Shown here piece by piece: positions 8,533-16,737 of a stretch of 24,000 bases of DNA. The stretch spans positions 890,541 to 914,540 of the forward strand of contig NZ_CP050965.1 of assembly GCF_012273215.1 (NCBI RefSeq), written 5' to 3'. The position numbers and the translations under genes were made by a program. This DNA is from Gemella haemolysans. GTDB taxonomy: Bacteria > Bacillota > Bacilli > Staphylococcales > Gemellaceae. Each line of letters begins with the position of its first letter. The first letter of the stretch is position 1. The notes beneath the pieces were generated by a model. That model was not told where the DNA came from, did no database searches, and saw nothing but the letters and a program-made list of their open reading frames with translations.

Positions 8533-8614
8533 AAAAAAATGGACCGACACCGATCCAGCCAAAAGGCAATTTAGATAAAATCTTTATTTGAACTTGAATG
8601 TAAATTTTGAATCT
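8533..8614 (-). ncRNA. tracrRNA: tracrRNA (anti-repeat, nexus, two 3' hairpins and a U7 terminator)
   Basis: The minus strand reads AGATTCAAAATTTACATTCAAGTTCAAATAAAGATTTTATCTAAATTGCCTTTTGGCTGGATCGGTGTCGGTCCATTTTTTT. The anti-repeat pairs with repeat nt 1-31. The lower stem pairs GUUUGA with UCAAAU, and the repeat G5 is compensated by a tracr C where SpCas9 has U-A. The AAG bulge is canonical. The upper stem includes a perfect 14-bp core AUGUAAAUUUUGAA/UUCAAAAUUUACAU. Downstream modules mirror the SpCas9 scaffold (CAAGUUAAAAUAAGGCUAGUCCG...GGCACCGAGUCGGUGCUUUUUUU): nexus AGAU-UUU-AUCU, hairpin GCC-UUUU-GGC, and terminal hairpin GGAUCG-GUGU-CGGUCC followed by A and U7. The 5' end is estimated from the promoter only. 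Confidence 0.85.
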
Positions 8615-8620
8615 ACCTAT

Positions 8621-8649
8621 ATTATACAAGTATTTTTTCAAAATTGCAA
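8621..8649 (-). promoter_or_regulatory. Sigma-A promoter of the tracrRNA (TTGCAA-N17-TATAAT)
   Basis: The minus strand reads TTGCAA (8649-8644), then the 17-nt spacer TTTTGAAAAAATACTTG, then TATAAT (8626-8621). This starts 2 nt after the csn2 stop codon. The predicted TSS is near 8614/8613. Confidence 0.7.
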
Positions 8650-8651
8650 CA

Positions 8652-9326
8652 TTATATTTCACAATTATCTCTGTCAAAAATATAAACCTTTTCTATGTAA
8701 TTATCATCAGATATATTATTAAATTGTTGGTATTCTATATTTATAATACTAATTTTATTGACACAAGCTTCCTTATATATTTCTTTTATCTCTTCATCTG
8801 TGAAAACGTTATGAAGACCAACTATAAAGATAATATTTATTCCACATGATTGTACAAGTACTTTCAAAAATTTAATGAATTTTTCTACAATATCATCATC
8901 TTCTACATGAATTCGAAAATCACCTAATTTCAATAGAGAATTTATATCTATTTCTTCACCTTGTTCTACTTCAAATGAACTATTAAAAATTAATTTTTCA
9001 AAATATGCTTTTATATGTGTTGTTAATTCATTATACTCTACAGTATCGTCTATAATTTGTTTTAAAAGTGAATTATAAATCTTCGTTAAAATCTTTTTAC
9101 TATTAATTTCTATATTAAAAATATCAGTAATTATATAACTACACTTTTCAAATGATATCTCTTTATTCTCATATGAATATATATAATTACCTTCATTTCC
9201 TTTGTGTTGACTTATTAACTCCTTTATATTTTCCCTATAATATTTTTTATTTTCAAATACCAATGTATAAATAGTGTTCTCTTCAATCTCAATTTTTCTT
9301 TGCCAGTTTTTGTTAACTATCTTCAT
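8652..9326 (-). CDS. csn2: CRISPR-associated protein Csn2 (short, about 220-aa form; type II-A signature)
   Basis: 224-aa ORF in the fourth position of the cas9-cas1-cas2 operon. Its ATG overlaps the cas2 stop (ATGA, 4-nt overlap). Size and position are typical of canonical Csn2. The call rests mainly on synteny, since Csn2 has no short signature motif I can cite. Confidence 0.85.
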   Translation of the reverse strand: MKIVNKNWQRKIEIEENTIYTLVFENKKYYRENIKELISQHKGNEGNYIYSYENKEISFEKCSYIITDIFNIEINSKKILTKIYNSLLKQIIDDTVEYNELTTHIKAYFEKLIFNSSFEVEQGEEIDINSLLKLGDFRIHVEDDDIVEKFIKFLKVLVQSCGINIIFIVGLHNVFTDEEIKEIYKEACVNKISIINIEYQQFNNISDDNYIEKVYIFDRDNCEI

Positions 9327-9643
9327 AATTCCAGTAACCTTTCATCGTTATCAACATATTCCGTTTGACTCTCTCCAACCAGAAACTCCATTTTAGAGAA
9401 TTGTTTTTCTGTAACTTGTAAAACTTGTACAATACCTTCTTCAGGACATATTTTTCTTATACTCTTCACTACTAAATCAGCACTACCTTGATTCATAGCT
9501 AGTTTTACATAGACAGATTCTTGCATCATAATAAAACCATTTTTTAATAATGTTTTTCTAAATTTTCTATAGTTCTTTCTTTGTAGTGATGTTTCTGTAG
9601 GAAGATCAAACATAACTAATACTCTCATAAATCTATAACTCAT
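9323..9643 (-). CDS. cas2: CRISPR-associated endoribonuclease Cas2
   Basis: 106 aa. The N-terminus MSYRFMRVLVMFDLPTETSLQRKNYRKFRKTLLKNGFIMMQESVYVKL is typical of II-A Cas2 (ferredoxin fold, catalytic Asp in MFD). It overlaps the cas1 stop by 11 nt. Confidence 0.93.
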   Translation of the reverse strand: MSYRFMRVLVMFDLPTETSLQRKNYRKFRKTLLKNGFIMMQESVYVKLAMNQGSADLVVKSIRKICPEEGIVQVLQVTEKQFSKMEFLVGESQTEYVDNDERLLEL

Positions 9644-10508
9644 AACTATACATTTTTATATACTCTAAATCATTTTCTTTTAAGGCTGTGAACAGACTTC
9701 TAACATATAGTTTTATTGCATTAGCTACTGTTTGTTCTTTATCATCAATCTTAATAGCAGTATTTAGAATATTGACTAGTATATTTTTATGCTCTTTAGT
9801 AAATTCGTTACCTTCTAAACTATACACAACCTCATCTACTAATATTCTGAAAGGTTCCATAAAATCACTGGCTAAATTAAATTTATTATATGGATTTCTG
9901 TGACATAGTCCAAGTTGAGTGAAGTATCCACACGAGACAATTTCTCTATTGAATGCAGAAAGAATTATTGAATAACCATAATCCAATGCAGCATTTATAA
10001 AACATTCTTTATTTCTACTAAAATCCATACCAAACATAGCATTAAAATAAACTTTGGCTGCATGTCCCTCTCTATTACTGTTATCATTCCACTCGAGTTC
10101 TGTAAGATATTGTTCTAATAACTTATATTCTTCTTTACCTAATTTCTTTAGCAACAACATTTGATTATTAATTTTTTCATATACTATTCTTGTCCATATT
10201 CGTTCTTTACTTTCGGTAGTCCATTCTAACTGATTTTTATATTTTAAACTTGTGTCATGACTACCATAATATGGTATTAATTCCGAACTTGGATTTCTTT
10301 TTTCGTCACAAAATATCACTTTTATTTTATTTTTCATGAGTTCATTTAAAAGCACGGCGGTAATTGATACCGCTGTGCTTTCAATAATGATCATGTATAT
10401 TTCACTAAGACTAACTTTCCTAATCTCCGCTTCTTTTCTTACTGTTAGAAAATTTAAACTATAATCTAGTTTTGCCCTATCCCTAACAATTATTGTTCTC
10501 CATGTCAT
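9633..10508 (-). CDS. cas1: CRISPR-associated integrase Cas1 (type II)
   Basis: 291 aa. The N-terminus MTWRTIIVRDRAKLDYSLNFL resembles the II-A Cas1 opening GWRTV..KL.Y. Conserved acidic and His residues occur in ...EGHAAKVYF... and ...GLCHRNPYNKFNLASDFMEPFR.... The start lies 26 nt inside the end of cas9. Confidence 0.93.
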   Translation of the reverse strand: MTWRTIIVRDRAKLDYSLNFLTVRKEAEIRKVSLSEIYMIIIESTAVSITAVLLNELMKNKIKVIFCDEKRNPSSELIPYYGSHDTSLKYKNQLEWTTESKERIWTRIVYEKINNQMLLLKKLGKEEYKLLEQYLTELEWNDNSNREGHAAKVYFNAMFGMDFSRNKECFINAALDYGYSIILSAFNREIVSCGYFTQLGLCHRNPYNKFNLASDFMEPFRILVDEVVYSLEGNEFTKEHKNILVNILNTAIKIDDKEQTVANAIKLYVRSLFTALKENDLEYIKMYSYEL

Positions 10509-13500
10509 TTTCTTTATCCCCTATTATTGTTATTTCTTTTTCATAGAATCCTGCAACGGATTGTTCTATTATTGAGAATTGTGATAGATTACTTAAGTTA
10601 AAACTAATTTTTCCTCTTGCTGCCGTAATATTAATACTCTTCAAATCAAAAATAGATTTTTTATTAGTTAGTAAATTCAACACTTCTAGTAATACTTTGG
10701 CTTGTTCTTCTAAACTTATACTACTAAAATTATTTCGAATTTCTTCACTATTTAACTCATTAAATTTATTTGGTTTTTTCTTAATAAAAATTCCTGAATT
10801 CATTTTTTCAACTAGTAAATTATATAACTCAGTATTTTTCTCTTTAGTAATACTTTCCCAAAGTTCCCCATCTTTATTTTCTTTTTTCCAATTTTGATAT
10901 TTTGATAGAGTTTTTATGTATCTCTCACTTTCAGTATCTAAAGTAACTTGTACTGCTCCATCATATACAAAACTATCATTCGTCTTGCCACCTATAAAAT
11001 TAAAGAAATTATTTATTTTGACTAAATCCCCTATACACAACTTCCTATACTTTAATTTAAAATCTTTAACTTCTTCACCAGATTTAATATTAATTTGAGT
11101 TTTACCAAATTCTAATAATGTACTATCATCTTTTATGTTTTGAGAAACATAAATAGGTATTGGAATAATTCTAGTTATTTTTTCTTCACCTTTTTTATTA
11201 ACTAAAGTATATTCAAAAATTGAATAGTATGCAATTTTAACTTTTGTGAATCCACCATATTTTGTAACATCATTTACTACAGGATCAGACGTTTTCAAAG
11301 GATAATACACACCTTCTTTAGCCTTAGCAGCTACCTTAGCTTTATATACAGTAGCATCAAACAATCCACCTTTTTGTTCTGATGTTCTTCTTGTTACTAG
11401 AATATTGTTATTGTTCATAACCTTTTCTACTTGATGAACTGTTTTATTCAATTCCCAAGCAACGTTATTAGAATTAGATACATTTTCATAAAAGACATTA
11501 TTCAATGAGTATTTTCTTCCATCTTTCTTATCTTTAATGAAGTTAAAGACATTTCGTGTGAATTTTGTATCATAAACATTACCTACTACAACGTTTAAAT
11601 ATGCGTCTTTGGCATGATGATAATCATTAATTTCACGAACCTTGATTAACTGTTCAGTATTATCTGATTTTCTATTACCTTCTTTAATTTTTCCGAAATT
11701 TTGTCTAAAGCTAGATACATTTTCTGCTTTAGAATAACAAATTGAAGTTTTTGGATTTAATTCTCCTAATATTCCGGCTACTGCTTTAACTGATTGAGAT
11801 GTTTCTACTAATTGTCGAGCAATAAATCCTGTTAACTCTTCATCAGAAAATTCTTCAGTTCTTACTAATCTATTATATTTCTCATCAGTAATTAGACCTT
11901 TTTCTTTCAGGAATTTCCAGAATCTTCTATTACTAGGTGTTTGAATATCACTTCCTAATGGATATCTGTCTGTTTTAGCTGCGTTATATTCTCTTTTTAC
12001 TAATACAGTATTTGTAAAACTGTCATCCTTCACTTTACTTTGTGGATATATGTGATCTATATCATAGGCTGTAGTATTTAACTGCGTAATATCAATCGTT
12101 TCCCCACTATACATACATCTTCCTAATTGTGTATAGTATAGATATAATTTTTTAGCTTTTAGTTTAGATGGTTCTACTGAACTCAATCTTTCATTCAGCT
12201 TATCAAAGTTCAATGAACCTATCTCTTTTTCTAAATCTTTTACATCTTTTTTTACTGCTTTATAGAATAATTCTAATTGTTTCTTACGAGAATCTGTTGG
12301 TTTTTTCTTATCTTGATTAGATCTAGTTGTCTCTACGAAAATTTTCGCTGGAGCACATCCTATAATTTTCTTAAGTTCTTCTACTATTCTTACGGTTTGC
12401 CAAATCGAACGTTTAACAGATGGCGATACATATAAATCATCTAAAATTTCAGGTGTAATTTCTGTTACTTCTTTTTGTAACTCTTTATTGTAGTCAATTA
12501 TCTGTTGTGAATAATCGAATCTATCTGCCAATAACTCCATGAATAGTATGTTATTTTGACGCATTGCTCCAATTATATTTAAACATTCTCCCGTTTCCTC
12601 ATTATAAAGTTTTTTACTTACTAATTCTGTCAACAGTTTTCTAGAGAATCTTCCCCAATCTTTATATACTAACCTAGACATTTTTGCTATTTCTTCTTTT
12701 GAATATATATCCCCATATACAGCTTCTATCTTAGCTTTTATTAATTTTCTAGATTCTCCGTATAATGTAATCCAAAGAATTATATTTTCTACGTGTTCAG
12801 TATTAAATTTATCTCCTAGGATTTTTTTGAAATCCCTATATGATTTCAGATCATTTTTTACAGTAATATCAATTCCAGTAATTTCACCCTTACCGTCTAT
12901 ATATCCTTCTGCTTTTAATAAGTTTTTAATACTTGTTTTTGTAACTTTCTTACCTTGTTCTTTGAAAAGTTTTTCAATAATAACATTTCTAGCTTCTAAA
13001 CTTATTCTATTACCATCATATTTTAATGCATTCAGCTCATTTAGTAAGGCAAACTCAGAATATAATAATGAACTCTTCGGAAGGACATCTTCACCTTTAA
13101 GATATGTACATTTATTAGTTAAATTGGTAATAAACTTCTCTGCACTTGCACTTTCATCAATTACTTTCTCATAATTCCAAGGAGTTACTGGTGTATTCTC
13201 ATACCCTTTATTTCTTACAGACCAAGCAAATCCATCTACTTTAGCTTTTTTACTAGAATTTAGTGGACCAACATAGTACGGTATTCTGAATTCTAATAAT
13301 TGAATTACTTTTTCTATTATACTATATCCACTATCATCTTTTTCATTTAAGAACTTATGATATTTAGCCGCATTATCTAAAATTTTTACCAATTCTTCTT
13401 TATGGATTTGATACGGTACTACAGAATTATCTTTTGTTCTTTGAAGTGGTAAGAATAGTTCTAATTCTAAATCTCTTAAAATTTCTTCTTTAGCTGAGCT

Positions 13501-14658
13501 TTCTTCTAGCTTAGCTAATTCTTTTACTAAGAATTTTTTAAAGTCTTCATAATTACATCCTTTTCCTTCTTCACTTTTACGAATATAATTTACATAGTTA
13601 GTTCCTTTATCTTTATCCTCTTTAAATATAGCTGAATAAAGCTCAACTTTTTTATCTTCCGATAATTTTGAATCATTTTTTACAAGAGTTTTTAATTTAG
13701 TTAAGTCCTCTCTATGTTTGTGATAAAGCTCTACTTTAGATTCTGATAATGTCTTCCCTTCTTTTTTAATATCAGAAAGAATAATACTATCATAAACTAA
13801 CTTAGCTAGATCTAGTAATTCTATATAATTTGATAGAACTTGTTCATAATCATGTCGAACTTCTTCATAAATCTTCTCTTTAAAAGAAACTGATTTTACA
13901 GAAGCATCTAATTCTTTATATTCATCAATAGCAAATAGTTTATCTAACGATGTTTTCCCTCCAAAAATAAGTCTAAACGCTTCTAATAATTGCTTTTCTT
14001 TTGGATATATTTTCTTAAGATCATTTACTTTATCAGTCAAAGTTTTCTTCTCTAATGCAATCTCTGTAATTTTATTAATATTTTCTTCCGTTATTTCAAT
14101 ACTTATATGTAATATATCTAGATTAAGTAATTCTTTAATTAAATTATTAAGATTACCTTCTTTAAAACTTTGCCCTTGAAGTAAAAAATGCCCTCTATTT
14201 TTTAAAATGTGATGTATTGCTAAAAATACTTTTCTTATATCAGGGTTTTCCTCAGTCATAAGTTTTGTTCTTAAATGATAAATTGTTGGATATTCTTTAT
14301 AATAATCTTTATCTGTATAATCTTTATCATTAAAAATCGCATACGGTACTTGATGAGTTTTATCCTCATAATGATATTGACTTTCTTTTAACCTTAAGAA
14401 AAAATTAGCATCAATTTTGGCTATTTCTTGAGTAAATAATTCTTCTAATAAGTTTAAACGCCATTTTCTTCTAGCTAATCTTCTTCTCCCAGAACGATAT
14501 CCTCGGCGTTCTTCTGCAGTAGTAGCTTCTTCAAATAATCTAACTCCCCATAATCTTTTTTTATTTTTTCTAATAATTTTATATTCATTATCAGTGGCAG
14601 CCCAACCCACACTTGCTGTTCCAATATCTAAACCGAGATACCATGTTTTATTAGTCAT
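10483..14658 (-). CDS. cas9: Cas9 endonuclease, type II-A, 1391 aa
   Basis: RuvC-I YLGLDIGTASVGWA; Arg-rich bridge helix RRGYRSGRRRLARRKWRL; RuvC-II KIFVETTRSNQ; HNH YDIDHIYPQSKVKDDSFTNTVLV..YNAAKTD; RuvC-III INDYHHAKDAYLNVVVGN; C-terminus ...SIIEQSVAGFYEKEITI, colinear with SpCas9 ...[24 protein letters not shown] SD precedes the ATG at 14658. Confidence 0.98.
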   Translation of the reverse strand: MTNKTWYLGLDIGTASVGWAATDNEYKIIRKNKKRLWGVRLFEEATTAEERRGYRSGRRRLARRKWRLNLLEELFTQEIAKIDANFFLRLKESQYHYEDKTHQVPYAIFNDKDYTDKDYYKEYPTIYHLRTKLMTEENPDIRKVFLAIHHILKNRGHFLLQGQSFKEGNLNNLIKELLNLDILHISIEITEENINKITEIALEKKTLTDKVNDLKKIYPKEKQLLEAFRLIFGGKTSLDKLFAIDEYKELDASVKSVSFKEKIYEEVRHDYEQVLSNYIELLDLAKLVYDSIILSDIKKEGKTLSESKVELYHKHREDLTKLKTLVKNDSKLSEDKKVELYSAIFKEDKDKGTNYVNYIRKSEEGKGCNYEDFKKFLVKELAKLEESSAKEEILRDLELELFLPLQRTKDNSVVPYQIHKEELVKILDNAAKYHKFLNEKDDSGYSIIEKVIQLLEFRIPYYVGPLNSSKKAKVDGFAWSVRNKGYENTPVTPWNYEKVIDESASAEKFITNLTNKCTYLKGEDVLPKSSLLYSEFALLNELNALKYDGNRISLEARNVIIEKLFKEQGKKVTKTSIKNLLKAEGYIDGKGEITGIDITVKNDLKSYRDFKKILGDKFNTEHVENIILWITLYGESRKLIKAKIEAVYGDIYSKEEIAKMSRLVYKDWGRFSRKLLTELVSKKLYNEETGECLNIIGAMRQNNILFMELLADRFDYSQQIIDYNKELQKEVTEITPEILDDLYVSPSVKRSIWQTVRIVEELKKIIGCAPAKIFVETTRSNQDKKKPTDSRKKQLELFYKAVKKDVKDLEKEIGSLNFDKLNERLSSVEPSKLKAKKLYLYYTQLGRCMYSGETIDITQLNTTAYDIDHIYPQSKVKDDSFTNTVLVKREYNAAKTDRYPLGSDIQTPSNRRFWKFLKEKGLITDEKYNRLVRTEEFSDEELTGFIARQLVETSQSVKAVAGILGELNPKTSICYSKAENVSSFRQNFGKIKEGNRKSDNTEQLIKVREINDYHHAKDAYLNVVVGNVYDTKFTRNVFNFIKDKKDGRKYSLNNVFYENVSNSNNVAWELNKTVHQVEKVMNNNNILVTRRTSEQKGGLFDATVYKAKVAAKAKEGVYYPLKTSDPVVNDVTKYGGFTKVKIAYYSIFEYTLVNKKGEEKITRIIPIPIYVSQNIKDDSTLLEFGKTQINIKSGEEVKDFKLKYRKLCIGDLVKINNFFNFIGGKTNDSFVYDGAVQVTLDTESERYIKTLSKYQNWKKENKDGELWESITKEKNTELYNLLVEKMNSGIFIKKKPNKFNELNSEEIRNNFSSISLEEQAKVLLEVLNLLTNKKSIFDLKSINITAARGKISFNLSNLSQFSIIEQSVAGFYEKEITIIGDKENDMENNNC

Positions 14659-14716
14659 ATTTCCTATTCCTCCTCAAAACTTAAAATAATATTTCATAAA
14701 AACATTTTCATCTTTT

Positions 14717-14744
14717 ATTTTATCATATTTACAATAAATATCAA
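14717..14744 (-). promoter_or_regulatory. Candidate cas operon promoter (TTGATA-N16-TGaTAAAAT, extended -10)
   Basis: The minus strand reads TTGATA (14744-14739), then the 16-nt spacer ending in TGA, then TAAAAT (14722-14717). This lies about 58 nt upstream of the cas9 ATG. It is a pattern match only. Confidence 0.45.
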
Positions 14745-14848
14745 AAGGCAATTAATATTATTTTCAAAATTAAATTTACAAGATAAAGAAATTAATAAAT
14801 ACTTTGTTGCTTTAAAAAAAATACATTCCACATGATTTAGCTAATAAA

Positions 14849-14887
14849 ACAAAAAAAACAACTCAAAACGATATTAATTCTGAGTTG
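14849..14887 (-). terminator. Terminator of the aldehyde dehydrogenase gene
   Basis: On the minus strand, CAACUCA (14887-14881) pairs with UGAGUUG (14865-14859). The loop is 15 nt and is followed by U8 (14858-14851). It lies 30 nt after the stop at 14917. Confidence 0.6.
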
Positions 14888-14916
14888 CTTCATGATTATG
14901 ATTTTATTTAATTATG

Positions 14917-16395
14917 TTAGTTGTAGAATCCTGATACATCATCACTTAAATCAATTAGGATGTTTTTCATTTGTGAATAGTGTTCTAGTATTACTTTGTG
15001 AGTTTCACGTCCAATTCCTGATTTTTTGTATCCTCCAAATGGTGCGTGTTCTGGAATTTGGTTATAAGTATTAACCCACATTCTTCCTGTTTCTACTCTA
15101 CGAGCTATATTTAATGCACGTGTAATGTTTGTAGAGAATACTGCCCCTGCTAGTCCATACTCACTATCGTTAGCTTGAGCAATTACTTCTTCATCTGTTT
15201 TGAATTTAATGATTACTGAAACCGGTCCAAATACTTCTTCTTGAGAGATACGGCAACCATTGTTTACTCCAGAGATTAATGTTGGTTTAACGAATGCCCC
15301 TTTATCACATCCATTTTCTGTGTAACGCTCACCACCAACGATTACTTCCCCGCCTTCTTTTTTAGCTATTCCGATGTAATTAACAATTTTTTCTGCTTGT
15401 TTTTCATCTATTTGACTACCCATTTGTGTATTTGGATCTAGTGGATCACCAATTTTAATTTTCTCAAATTTTTCTTTAACTTTTGCTACAAAATCATCGT
15501 AGATTCCTTCTTGTACGAAAATTCTTGAACCTGCACAACAGACTTGACCTTGGTTGAATAAAATACCTAATTGTACGCCGTCAAGTGCTTTTTCTATATT
15601 AGCATCATCTAAGATAATATTCGCAGATTTACCACCTAATTCTAATGTAGCTGGAATTAGTTTTTCTGCAGCTGCTACCGCAATTTTTTTACCTACTTCT
15701 GTAGATCCTGTAAATGCTAGTTTATTTAATCCTTGATGATTTTTTAGGAATTCCCCTGATTTACTTCCACGTCCTGTAATTACATTTAATACACCTTTCG
15801 GTAATACATCTTGAATTAATTCTACGAATGTAAGTAAGCTAAGCGATGTAATGCTTGATGGTTTTAGTACGATTGTGTTACCTGCTGCTAAAGCTGGTGC
15901 AATTTTCCAAGCTGCCATTAAGAATGGGAAGTTCCAAGGAATAATTTGTCCTACTACTCCAATAGGTTCTCTTAAAACTAAGCTTAGGAATTTTTCATCT
16001 AAAACTGTTGCTTGTCCTTCATCAGCTAAAATACATCCTGCAAAGTATCTAAAATGTCTAGCACTGAATGGAACGTCTACATTAAGTGTTTCACGAATTG
16101 GTTTACCATTATCTAAAGATTCTACCGTAGCTAATAATTCTGTATTAGTATCAATAATATCTGCAATTTTGTTTAGTAAAGCTGCACGTTCAGATACTGT
16201 TGTATATTTCCATGTTTTAAATGCTTCTTGTGCAGCTTCTACAGCTCTATTTACATCTCCCTCTGTTGCATCTGGGAAGTTTGCTAAGTATTCAGAATTA
16301 GCTGGATTATATGATTTTAATACTAATTTATCCTCAGCATCTACCCACTCCCCATTGATAAACATTTTAAAATTTTCTTTTTTTAATTTAGTCAT
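14917..16395 (-). CDS. NAD(P)-dependent aldehyde dehydrogenase family protein
   Basis: 492 aa. Catalytic Glu motif LELGGKSANII, catalytic Cys motif FNQGQVCCAGSRIFV, cofactor motif FTGSTEVGKKI, and C-terminal PFGGYKKSGIGRE. Confidence 0.92.
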   Translation of the reverse strand: MTKLKKENFKMFINGEWVDAEDKLVLKSYNPANSEYLANFPDATEGDVNRAVEAAQEAFKTWKYTTVSERAALLNKIADIIDTNTELLATVESLDNGKPIRETLNVDVPFSARHFRYFAGCILADEGQATVLDEKFLSLVLREPIGVVGQIIPWNFPFLMAAWKIAPALAAGNTIVLKPSSITSLSLLTFVELIQDVLPKGVLNVITGRGSKSGEFLKNHQGLNKLAFTGSTEVGKKIAVAAAEKLIPATLELGGKSANIILDDANIEKALDGVQLGILFNQGQVCCAGSRIFVQEGIYDDFVAKVKEKFEKIKIGDPLDPNTQMGSQIDEKQAEKIVNYIGIAKKEGGEVIVGGERYTENGCDKGAFVKPTLISGVNNGCRISQEEVFGPVSVIIKFKTDEEVIAQANDSEYGLAGAVFSTNITRALNIARRVETGRMWVNTYNQIPEHAPFGGYKKSGIGRETHKVILEHYSQMKNILIDLSDDVSGFYN

Positions 16396-16737
16396 ATTTT
16401 TTCTCCTTTGTTTTTTATTGTAATCTTATACTACCACCGAAAGAGTACGTTTACAAAGTATCTGTTTATACTTAATTTAACACTGTTTAAATAAAGTATT
16501 ATTTGGAAACATTGAAACAATAATTAATCATATATATACAAGTTGAAACCATTATTTCATAGGGAATTCTTTGATATATAGTAAGCTCTTTAGAGTTAAT
16601 ATTTTATTATATAAATCAATATTAAGTTTATAATTATTAGTAAAATTTAATATTAAATATTTAATATTTTTGTGTTAAATTATCTCTTTATTACTAGCAT
16701 TAAAAGTGATAGAATTAATTATAAAGGGGGGATAATT

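Noticed and set aside
8607-8849. 80-aa plus-strand ORF
   Set aside because: It is antisense to csn2 and to the tracrRNA promoter. Its Ile/Phe/Tyr/Asn-rich composition is what AT-rich antisense frames produce.
9688-13174. Plus-strand ORFs 9688-9903, 10697-10897, 10916-11098 and 12827-13174
   Set aside because: All are antisense within cas1 or cas9, Ser/Leu/Phe-rich, without SDs. They are artefacts of stop-poor antisense frames.
7529-14916. The CRISPR-cas cassette as a recognisable mobile island
   Set aside because: I could see no transposase, integrase, tRNA target or flanking direct repeats. The borders are ordinary terminators.
14892-16423. Plus-strand ORFs 14892-15074, 15554-15736 and 15851-16423 (190 aa)
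   Set aside because: All are antisense to the aldehyde dehydrogenase gene, whose catalytic motifs are intact. They have Ser/Ala/Leu-rich composition and no SD.
16672-16737. Track start (GTG at 16672) for the nuclease ORF
   Set aside because: There is no SD at that position. The internal ATG at 16738 follows AAAGGGGGG and opens directly into a typical Lys-rich N-region plus hydrophobic anchor.
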